Positions 28,611 to 36,610 of a stretch of 64,000 nucleotides of DNA are shown piece by piece. The notes below the pieces were generated by a model. The model ran no database searches. It worked only from the letters and a program-made list of their open reading frames with translations, and had not been told where the DNA came from. The position numbers and the translations under genes are program-made. The stretch is taken from NCBI GenBank assembly GCA_050633305.1, contig JBOEGF010000014.1, positions 32,001-96,000 on the forward strand. The letters run 5' to 3'. Every line of letters starts with the position of its first letter. Within the stretch, counting starts at the first letter, position 1. This DNA comes from Nannocystales bacterium (GTDB taxonomy: Bacteria; Myxococcota_A; Polyangia; Nannocystales; Nannocystaceae).

Positions 28611-29092
28611 TTGGAGTCCTCCTCTTTCGTTTCGGTGGCAGCGGTGGGCGCCTCGGGGGCGGGGCGCCCGTGCTTCTCTTCCCAGGTCTGGGCGATCCCC
28701 AGCGGGTCGTCGAACGCGTCCTCCGAGAAGTCGAACGCCTCGAGATCCTCGAGTCCGGGGGAACTCGCAGGCACCTCGCCAAACCCAAATGCTTGGGCAA
28801 CGACGGCGTCGGTGAGCACCTGGTTGTCCGCGGCGACGCGGTGGTAGAGGTCGCTGCTCAGCAGGCGAGCCTCGAAAGCATCGGCGATCTTGGCCAGCGT
28901 GCCTTCGTCTTCGACGGCCTCTTTCGCCGAGAGGGTCACACGAATCTCGGACGCGCTGGGGCGGTCCATCAGCACGTAGCAGCGGTCGATGAAGCTGACC
29001 GCGGCGCCCTGCACGACGTGGGGAGGGTGAGAGTCGGCGGGGAGCGTGACCGAGACGCTCAGGGGGTCGAACTTTCGTTGCGGTGCGTTCAT
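28607..29092 (-). CDS. hxsD: HxsD-like accessory protein
   Basis: 161 aa coupled directly to hxsB; GAAVSFIDRCYVLMD...FEARLLSSDLYHRVAADN..L...VVAQA resembles HxsD; acidic tail DDPLGIAQTWEEKHG. Confidence 0.7.
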   Translation of the reverse strand: MNAPQRKFDPLSVSVTLPADSHPPHVVQGAAVSFIDRCYVLMDRPSASEIRVTLSAKEAVEDEGTLAKIADAFEARLLSSDLYHRVAADNQVLTDAVVAQAFGFGEVPASSPGLEDLEAFDFSEDAFDDPLGIAQTWEEKHGRPAPEAPTAATETKEEDSK

Positions 29093-31422
29093 GAGGTCTC
29101 CGAGTCTTCGGCCAGCCGCTGCGCGACGCGGCCTTGAAATCCGGTGGGCACGGATTCGTGCCGCCTGGGGTCGTCCAGAGGGCGCACGAGGTCGGACGCT
29201 TCGATGAGCCAGGGCGGCTCGGGCACGTTGTCCAGCTCGTAGAACCCGCCGCAGAAACACGCGTGCGGGCAGGTTGTGCACTGCGGCTTGCGGGTGCGTC
29301 GCTCGGCCAGGTACCCGGCCAGGTTCACGGTCTCGTTGTTGACGAACACCATGTGCCGCTCGAGCTTGAGCAGGTCGCCCTGGAGGTACTGCTCGTAGCC
29401 CGGCATGAAGCAGTACGGCAGGTTGATCACCTGGATCTTCATGCGGTCGCCATACGCGTCGATGACCGACCGCGTTTGGTCCGCAGCCGCCTGCGTATCG
29501 GGGGCGACGTAGTGGGTTGCGCGCCCGAAGGGGGTGAGAAACTGGATGTTGAGCCACTTCAGGCCCAACGACCACGCGAGCTCGGTCAGCTCGTGCTGCT
29601 TGTCGTGGTTGCCCTTGGTGATCGTGACGTTCATGCCGAGCTCCACGCTTGCAGGTCGCAGACGGACACAGTTCCGAATGCCTTGTGTGGTCTGCTCGAA
29701 CGCTTCGGCCACACCGACTTGCTGGGCGTGGGTCCTGGCGTCGTGCCCATGCACGGAGAACAGGAGGGTGGTCAGCCCGCTCTGCACGAGTTTGGACGCA
29801 TAGCCCTCGTAGGCGCACATGCGGCCGTTGGTCGTGACGTTGACCATGCGATAGCCGATCTGTCGGCTGTATCGGATGAGCCCTACGAGTTCGGGGTTGA
29901 GCGTGGGCTCGCCCCCGTCGAAGTCGACCATCTCCACGCCTTGCGCCCGGTAGCGGTCGAGTTGCTCTCGTTGTCGCGGCGGGTGCCCGTCGATCTGCGT
30001 CCGCGTACCCACCGCGCAGAACGTGCAGTGGTTGTTGCACGCGTAGGTGACGTTCATGATCAGCTTCTTCGGCCCGCTCGAGGCATCGAGCCGGCTCTGG
30101 AACGTGTCCATGAACGCGGTGAGGAGCTCCGGAGGAACGTCGCACCCGGTGATCGAGGCCGCCTTCTGAAATCGAGGGCCCCAGTCTTCGACGATCGGAA
30201 GCTTGGTATGGGCCGCAAGTTCCGTCCCCGGAAGAGGTGTTGCGAACTGGACCGCGGGGTACGCCCCGAACTCGTCCCACTGGCGCAGGGCGAACGCCAA
30301 CGTCTCGTTGATCTGCTCGGCGGTCTCCCCGGGGAGCCCGATCATGTAGTGGATCAGCAGCGAGACGCCGGCCTGGTGGGCGTGCTTGGCCGCGTCCTCG
30401 ATGTGCGAGAGGTCGAGCTTCTTTTGCACGACTTCGCGCACCACGTCGGCGCTGCCGCTCTCTGCACTCACGCTGATCGTCGTGACGCGTTCACGGAGCC
30501 GGACGAAGTCCTCGGCGCGTAGGTAGTCCGCGCGCATTCCGTTGGGAACCTCGAGCAACAAGTCCGCACTCTCGACCGCATCGAGCACGGTCTCGAAGTG
30601 GGAGCGGTGCACGTTGACCATCTCGTCGAGTACCGCGACCCGGCCGGCCCCGAGTGCGGACATCGTACCGAGCGCTTGCTGCACAGAGTGGGCGGGAAGG
30701 CGCCGCTGCGTCTTGGGTTCGTTCGGGCGGCGGTCGGGGTTGCTCGAGCAATGGATGCACGTGAACGGGCACCCGCGACTGGTGACCATTGGAAGCGTGC
30801 GCTGGGTGATCGGGAATGCCCATGCGGCGCGTCCGAGGTCCGCGACGATGCGTTCGTGAAAGCGCCAGTACGCCTGTACGTCGACCAGGCTCCAGTCCGG
30901 CGGGGGAAGCTCGGCGAGGTCGGGTTGCTCGCCCCGAATCACCCCCGACGCGGTCCCGGCCCCCAGGACCTCGGGGACCGTTCGCTCGCCTTCGTATTGA
31001 ACGTATGCGGAGAGTTCTGGGTAGGAGGCGAGCACCGAGGCGCCGGGCACTTGCACATAGTGCTGCCCCGACTGATAGAGGTCGGCGAGGATGAGCGGTC
31101 CGCGCAGTCCTTGAAGCAGCCTGGCCAGCACGTCGTCGCGGTGTGGTGGGCGGTGGAACGGGGTGTACGAGATGACGGTTGCGTCAACCTCGCTCTGGGC
31201 GGCGGACAGCGTCGCCTCGACCGATGCGCCCAGAAGCAAGCGCCCATCACTTCGACGTTGGAGCCCTGCCCCGGGAAGCGCAAACGCATCTACGAGGCTG
31301 ACCTCGTGCCCGCGCTCTCGCAGAACGGTCGCCAGCTGGACGGCCCCGAGGTCGGAGAAGTACGGGTAGTCGATGAAGTCCTCGGCCACACTGACCGGGG
31401 GAGACACGACGCGCAACCGCAC
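29089..31422 (-). CDS. Fusion: B12-binding radical SAM domain + second HxsC-like radical SAM domain
   Basis: N-terminal DLGAVQLATVLRERGHEVSLVDA (B12-binding type), TSRGCPFTCIHC, ESGS, MIGLPGET, TPLPGT; then CNNHCTFC, DGGEPTL, TTNG, LPYC, CTTCPHACFCGG. GTG start at 31422 with TATCGT 6 nt upstream. Confidence 0.88.
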   Translation of the reverse strand: MRLRVVSPPVSVAEDFIDYPYFSDLGAVQLATVLRERGHEVSLVDAFALPGAGLQRRSDGRLLLGASVEATLSAAQSEVDATVISYTPFHRPPHRDDVLARLLQGLRGPLILADLYQSGQHYVQVPGASVLASYPELSAYVQYEGERTVPEVLGAGTASGVIRGEQPDLAELPPPDWSLVDVQAYWRFHERIVADLGRAAWAFPITQRTLPMVTSRGCPFTCIHCSSNPDRRPNEPKTQRRLPAHSVQQALGTMSALGAGRVAVLDEMVNVHRSHFETVLDAVESADLLLEVPNGMRADYLRAEDFVRLRERVTTISVSAESGSADVVREVVQKKLDLSHIEDAAKHAHQAGVSLLIHYMIGLPGETAEQINETLAFALRQWDEFGAYPAVQFATPLPGTELAAHTKLPIVEDWGPRFQKAASITGCDVPPELLTAFMDTFQSRLDASSGPKKLIMNVTYACNNHCTFCAVGTRTQIDGHPPRQREQLDRYRAQGVEMVDFDGGEPTLNPELVGLIRYSRQIGYRMVNVTTNGRMCAYEGYASKLVQSGLTTLLFSVHGHDARTHAQQVGVAEAFEQTTQGIRNCVRLRPASVELGMNVTITKGNHDKQHELTELAWSLGLKWLNIQFLTPFGRATHYVAPDTQAAADQTRSVIDAYGDRMKIQVINLPYCFMPGYEQYLQGDLLKLERHMVFVNNETVNLAGYLAERRTRKPQCTTCPHACFCGGFYELDNVPEPPWLIEASDLVRPLDDPRRHESVPTGFQGRVAQRLAEDSETS

Positions 31423-31470
31423 CTCGTGACGATACCAGCATGTGCGCGCCGCTGGGCCTATACTGCGGCC

Positions 31471-32891
31471 ATGGCTTTGATGGAGGCTTCTCGGTGGGCT
31501 GCGAACGCGGCCGTCGCGGTGATCTTGTGCGGATGCTTCACCCCGGGCGATCCACCCGCGGGTGCGGAAACGGACGATGCATCGAGCTCTGGCAGTGATG
31601 GATCGGGCCAACCCAGCGGTCCGGGCGAGGACACCAGTGGGTCAACCTCTAGCGACCCTGGCACCACGAGCCCCACGGCAACGGACCCTACGGACACGAA
31701 TCCGACCGATCCCAGCGACACCGACCCGACCGACCCCACCACCAGCGGCCCCACCACCACGGACCCCACGGAGACAACCGGGCCCGCGCCTGCGTGTGGC
31801 GACGGGTCCGCGACCGCCGGTGAGCTGTGCCTCGACGTGACGCCCAACTCGCTCATGACCCCTCCGGGTCCGATTGACGTCGCTTTGGGGGACATCTCCT
31901 CCAACGGGTTGCTCGACATCGCACTCATCGCGGGCGGCGACACGCCCAGTGACGAGAACCGGTTCGTCGTGCTCGAGGCCGATGGCGTGGGGGGCTTCAT
32001 CGAGGAGCACAACGTCTCCATCGCGCGGTCGGCCGGACGTCTCCGTTTGGCAGACCTCGACGCCGACGACGACCTCGACGGCATCGTCAACGGAGACTCT
32101 CTGACTCGGTTGCGAAACCAGGGGGCATTTTTCAACGCAACCGTGGTGGTCAACAACTTGTTCGGCAACCAGTTCGATCTATCCGACGTCTTCATCGCCG
32201 ATCTCAACGGGGACGACATCTTGGACGTCGCGTACACCGAGGCCTACGGACGTGCCTGGGTCACGGGCGTGCTCTCCAACGGCAACTGGCAGGTTGGCGG
32301 AGACGGCGACTTCCCCGGTCCTGGTGAGGGCGCCTCAGGCATGGCGGCGGGCGCATTGTCGGCGGACGGTGCCGACGACGACATCGATGCGTTGATGTTC
32401 AACCAGTACGACTCGAGCAGCATGGTGGTCGTCAACGGCGGCAGCGGGGGCCCAGCTTCACGATGTGTCCAGGAGACGTTGCTGGCACACGGTATGGCGA
32501 GATCGCCGACTTCAACGATGACGGCTTCAGCGACGTCGTCGTCACGTGCATGGACGGTGATGGAGCTGTGAGTCTGGGCGAAGAAGGGGGCTTCGGTCCT
32601 CCCACCGCTCTGCCTCTCGCGGGCGCCTTCAAGCCGTCCGTCGCCGACCTCGATGGCGATGGCGACCTCGACGTCTTGCTGAGCAGCCGCACGCTCGACC
32701 GAGCGGTGATGTTCATCAACGACGGCGCGGCGGACTTCGAGCTTTCCGACATCCAGTTCATGGCGCCCGGCGCGGTGTGGGGTGCTGTCGCAGGGGACCT
32801 CGACGATGATGGAGCCACGGACGTCGTCGTGATCTCCAATGCCGGCGTCGACGGCCCGGGGCGCGTCGACGTTTACACGGCGGATCCGTAA
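31471..32891 (+). pseudogene. FG-GAP/VCBS-repeat lipoprotein split by a frameshift near 32445-32460
   Basis: Repeats ADLDADDDLD, ADLNGDDILD in the frame starting at 31471 continue as ADFNDDGFSD, ADLDGDGDLD, GDLDDDGATD in the frame of ORF 32463-32891. Confidence 0.7.
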
Positions 32892-32931
32892 GTCCGAGAG
32901 CTCGGCGGAATAGACCTGACCGCTCGCAGGT

Positions 32932-33636
32932 ATGGCGCGGACCGTGTTCGACCGCATGATGTCCATGATCCGCGCCAACCTCGACCACATGCTTTCGAAG
33001 GCAGAGGACCCGCGGAAGGTGTTGGACCTCGCGATCCTCGACATGCAGGCCGCCCTGGTCGAAGCGAAGAAGCAGGTGGCCGTTGTCATCGCCGATGAGC
33101 GCCGACTACACAAGCAGGCCTCCGAGGCGGGGAGCGCGGCGTCGCAGTGGGAGCAAAAGGCCATGCTCGCGGTTCGGTCTGGCGCCGAGGACCTGGCTCG
33201 TGCCGCGCTGATCCGCAAGAAGGAGCACGACGAGCTCGCGACGATGTACAGCGAGCAATGGCAGTCCCAGAAAAACTCCAGCGATGCGCTTCGCTCCGCG
33301 CTGGTGGGCCTGAGCCAGAAGATCGCGGAAGCCCACCGCACGCGCCGGATGCTGGTCGCGAGGATGCGTAGGGCAGAAGCGCAGCGAACGATCAACGCCA
33401 CGCTTGCAGGCCTCAATGCCTCGGGTCACGACGGAGCGCTGGAGCGGATGGAGAACCGAGTCACGCAGATCGAAGCGGAAGCCGATGCCACGCTCGAACT
33501 CGGCGGTGGTTTTGAGCCCTCGCTCGAGGAACAGTTCAGGGCGCTCGAAGCCGGTTCGGTGGACGACGAGCTAGCGGAACTCAAACAGCGCGTGGCGCTG
33601 GAGGGACACCGTCCCAAGGCGCTGGCCTCGGCGTAG
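32932..33636 (+). CDS. pspA: PspA/IM30 family protein
   Basis: ANLDHMLSKAEDPRKVLD, EDLARAAL, LERMENRV, VDDELAELK. Confidence 0.92.
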   Translation: MARTVFDRMMSMIRANLDHMLSKAEDPRKVLDLAILDMQAALVEAKKQVAVVIADERRLHKQASEAGSAASQWEQKAMLAVRSGAEDLARAALIRKKEHDELATMYSEQWQSQKNSSDALRSALVGLSQKIAEAHRTRRMLVARMRRAEAQRTINATLAGLNASGHDGALERMENRVTQIEAEADATLELGGGFEPSLEEQFRALEAGSVDDELAELKQRVALEGHRPKALASA

Positions 33637-33637
33637 C

Positions 33638-34387
33638 TCAACGACCGATGTTGGCTGACGCGGCCTTCTCCAAGAACGCCGCGACGCCGTCGCCGAACCG
33701 GTTCAGGTTTTTCGTGAAGCGGTCGTCGGAGGTGTAGCGCGACGCGACCTCCCGGAACATGTGCGGCGGGCAGGGGTAGAAGTAGCGGTCAATGTGCAGT
33801 CGGTACGCATCGGCGAGTGCGTTGCCTTCGGTCGATGAGGGGGAGTCGCCCCGTTCGACCGCAGCGGCGACCCGTCGGAGGATCGCGTCGGCCTCGCCCT
33901 TGATTCGCACCCAGTCTTCTTCGGAGTACGACTGCGTCCGCCGACGGCTCTCGGCGTAGGCTTCGGTTCCACCCCATCGCTCTTCGACCTCGCGCTCGTA
34001 TCGCTCTGGCTCGAAACCGTCGAACAGGGATGCGGGCTCGACGCGGGCGTCTCCGCGAAGTCGGGCCAGCGCTTGGTCCACCGAGGCGAGCATCCGCGCG
34101 GTGGCCTCGGCCCTCTGCGCGAGTTTGACCCGTTGCTCCTCAAGCGCTCTCTCGGGGGAGAATCCGGGCTCATCGAGGAGCGCCTTGATGCGCTGCAGTG
34201 GCAGGCCGAGTTCTCTGTAGATCAGGATCTGCTGGAGCCGGAGCAGATCCTCCGAGCTGTAAATCCGGTAGTCCGCCTTGCCACGAGCAGGGCTGAGCAG
34301 CCCGATCTCATCGTAGTAGTGCAGGGCGCGCGGTGTGACCCCGCTGAGTTCGGCTACGGCTTGGACGGTGAGTCGTTGCTTGGACAT
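33638..34387 (-). CDS. MerR-family regulator with TipAS-like C-terminal domain
   Basis: VAELSGVTPRALHYYDEIGLLSP, YRIYS..DLLRLQQILIYRELG, YEREVEERWG, YTSDDRF. Confidence 0.92.
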   Translation of the reverse strand: MSKQRLTVQAVAELSGVTPRALHYYDEIGLLSPARGKADYRIYSSEDLLRLQQILIYRELGLPLQRIKALLDEPGFSPERALEEQRVKLAQRAEATARMLASVDQALARLRGDARVEPASLFDGFEPERYEREVEERWGGTEAYAESRRRTQSYSEEDWVRIKGEADAILRRVAAAVERGDSPSSTEGNALADAYRLHIDRYFYPCPPHMFREVASRYTSDDRFTKNLNRFGDGVAAFLEKAASANIGR

Positions 34388-34393
34388 GGGGAA

Positions 34394-34424
34394 ACCCTGC
34401 GGCCTCACGCCGCGAGAGGGTCAA
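34394..34424 (-). promoter_or_regulatory. MerR-type promoter with 19-bp spacer and TipA-like dyad operator
   Basis: Minus strand TTGACC-19 nt-CAGGGT containing the dyad CCTCTCG-CGG-CGTGAGG; ATG 6 nt downstream. Confidence 0.75.
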
Positions 34425-34621
34425 GGACCGAGCGGGGATGGGACAGCCCCCGAGTCGGGTGCGGGTGGAAAATATGCTTTGATTCCGAAGGTATACCGGT
34501 TGGACTCTAAAAATCGTCACGGGGCGTGTCATTGAGGGCCACGTCATTGCGAACGAAGTTCGCCGGCTCGCAATCCGGCTCGCCTGTCGCCGACTCTTAG
34601 AACTCAAAGCACCTCTCCAAC

Positions 34622-36607
34622 ATGAAATTTAGCACGCTCCTCACCCGTCACCTGACCTGCTTCCTCCTGAGCTCCAGCGCGTTCGCGTGTTCGGCGGAGG
34701 GGGAACTCGACGCTCCCGAGGCGACTCCTCGAGCCGCGCCCACTGAAGCTGAGTCGCGGGCTGAGGTGTGCGACCTGTCTAACCAGGTCGTCGTTTTCAG
34801 CCAGGAGAGTAGTTGCGACGACGTTGGACCTTGGGAGGGGGAGCGGATCTTTGGCGGGTCCGGAGAGCCTCAGCCACCGGCAGGGTTGAGGGGCTACTGC
34901 CGCTACACGAAAGCGAGCAACACAACCCAGGGCCATGTCGACGCGCTTGCTGCCGGGCTGACTGCCGGGGACAACTCTCCAGCCTTTGAGATCGGCACGG
35001 ACTGCCGGGCTGTCGAGACTCAGAACTCCGCAATCGCGGATGAGGTTGGCACAGATCTGGAGGACTTCTTTGGCTGGCTGTCTGGCCGTTTCGACCCGCA
35101 GGACATCACCGTTCCCCCGCCGATCTCAGTCCACACTGCCATCGTCGACACCTATCCCAACGACTCACCGGACAAGCCCAAATCGAGTCATGGGCCCGTT
35201 GTCGCCAGCATCGTCGAATCATTTCTCTGTCCGACCGGCGTCGGTTGCACCCATCCGGTTCGCAACTACCTCGGGCTGCCTCGAACCAACGACGGTCTCA
35301 ATCTCGAGAAGGGAGGCCAGATTGGGCTTCAGTCCGATCTGGCGAAGGGCATCTACGCCGCACTGGTGGAAGACTCGCAGCTCGGCACCGACCGTCTGAT
35401 CATTAACCTGAGCGTCGCCTGGGAGGCAGAGCAGTTCGGCGGAATGGGGCTCGCCGACATGGACCCCGCTGCCCGCTCCGTCTTCGACATCATTCGTGTT
35501 GCTCGCTGTCGCGGCGCACTTATTATCGCAGCTGCGGGCAATGAAAGCAGTCTGTCATGCACCGGGGAGCCCATGGCCCCCGGGCGCTGGGAACAAATCC
35601 CCGCCCCGGACGAGGCGGAGTGCGTCCAGCTGGGCGTCCTAGACTGGGTCGAAGACACTGCTGCGTACACGCCGCTGGTCCATGCCGTCGGCGGACTGTT
35701 TGGCCCGGACACCGCGATGGCGACATCGCGGTCTGCCGGCATGCCACGGCTCGCCGCAGCCTCGAGCCACGCCGTCGCGCCGGCGCGCCTACCAGGCCTG
35801 CCCGGCGCGGCAATTCGGACCGGCACATCGGTTGGTACCGCTGTTGCGAGCGCGACCGCGGCCATGGTCTGGGGCTACGCTCCGGCCCTGACTCCTTCCG
35901 GGGTGATGGAGAGGCTCTACCTGTCCGGTCACCCCGTTGGGGACCTGACAGCCGACTTCGGCTCGGCCGGATCCACGCCCGTGCATCGCATCGATGCCTG
36001 CGCTGCCGTTGCCCTGTCCATTCCCGGCCCCGGCCCAACATGCGACTTCAGCACGCAGCCGGTCACCATTGGCCAGCTCGTTGGTGACCTGGAGGCGGTC
36101 GTGTCGATTTCGCACTCTCTCTCCGTCGACGATCCGCTCGAGTGCACGAACGTCTGCGGCGAGCAGTACTCGTTCCATCCTGTCCCCGGGTCTGCCAGAG
36201 ACTGCGCCGAAGTCGAACCTGACCCCTGGCGTTGGCTCACCACTCCGCAGCCTACCGAGGCAGGCTGCGACGAGTGCGTGCTGACAACGGAGACGTCGAC
36301 GGACCAGGCGACGGCATTGCTCACCGTCGGGGACCACTTCGATGCCGGCAATATCAAGTCGGTAGACCTCGAGATTATCGACGTCTTTGGGATGCCGCAC
36401 TTCTTCGGGATCACCGACAAGGAGCTTCAGCAAGCGGCTGTTGTGGAGCCGCGCTCCGGGTTCATTGATGAGTTCGTGGTGCCTATGAAGCTCGACGGAG
36501 TCTTGGCTGAGCGTGGCTTTGTCATCATGTCGTTCCTCGACCCAGCCGATCCCAACGGGGCGTCGATCGAGACCCGGGACCCGCTGATCCTGCGGACCTT
36601 GCCGTAG
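34622..36607 (+). CDS. Subtilisin-like (S8) serine peptidase lipoprotein
   Basis: AIVDT (D), SSHGPVVA (H), IINLS, AAAGNES (oxyanion N), TGTSVGTA (S); lipobox AFAC. Confidence 0.8.
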   Translation: MKFSTLLTRHLTCFLLSSSAFACSAEGELDAPEATPRAAPTEAESRAEVCDLSNQVVVFSQESSCDDVGPWEGERIFGGSGEPQPPAGLRGYCRYTKASNTTQGHVDALAAGLTAGDNSPAFEIGTDCRAVETQNSAIADEVGTDLEDFFGWLSGRFDPQDITVPPPISVHTAIVDTYPNDSPDKPKSSHGPVVASIVESFLCPTGVGCTHPVRNYLGLPRTNDGLNLEKGGQIGLQSDLAKGIYAALVEDSQLGTDRLIINLSVAWEAEQFGGMGLADMDPAARSVFDIIRVARCRGALIIAAAGNESSLSCTGEPMAPGRWEQIPAPDEAECVQLGVLDWVEDTAAYTPLVHAVGGLFGPDTAMATSRSAGMPRLAAASSHAVAPARLPGLPGAAIRTGTSVGTAVASATAAMVWGYAPALTPSGVMERLYLSGHPVGDLTADFGSAGSTPVHRIDACAAVALSIPGPGPTCDFSTQPVTIGQLVGDLEAVVSISHSLSVDDPLECTNVCGEQYSFHPVPGSARDCAEVEPDPWRWLTTPQPTEAGCDECVLTTETSTDQATALLTVGDHFDAGNIKSVDLEIIDVFGMPHFFGITDKELQQAAVVEPRSGFIDEFVVPMKLDGVLAERGFVIMSFLDPADPNGASIETRDPLILRTLP

Positions 36608-36610
36608 CGG

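Noticed and set aside
27141..28847. Long antisense ORFs (also 41749-43368, 45051-46571, 29134-30522)
   Set aside because: Shadow frames of real GC-rich genes on the opposite strand; no motifs of their own.
28607..30280. 557-aa ORF call
   Set aside because: Only the last 161 codons (ATG 29092) look real; the upstream part is an alternate frame of the fused radical SAM gene.
34515..34555. GTCATTG direct repeat upstream of the S8 gene as an ECF promoter/operator
   Set aside because: Only two short copies; cannot be distinguished from chance without comparative data.
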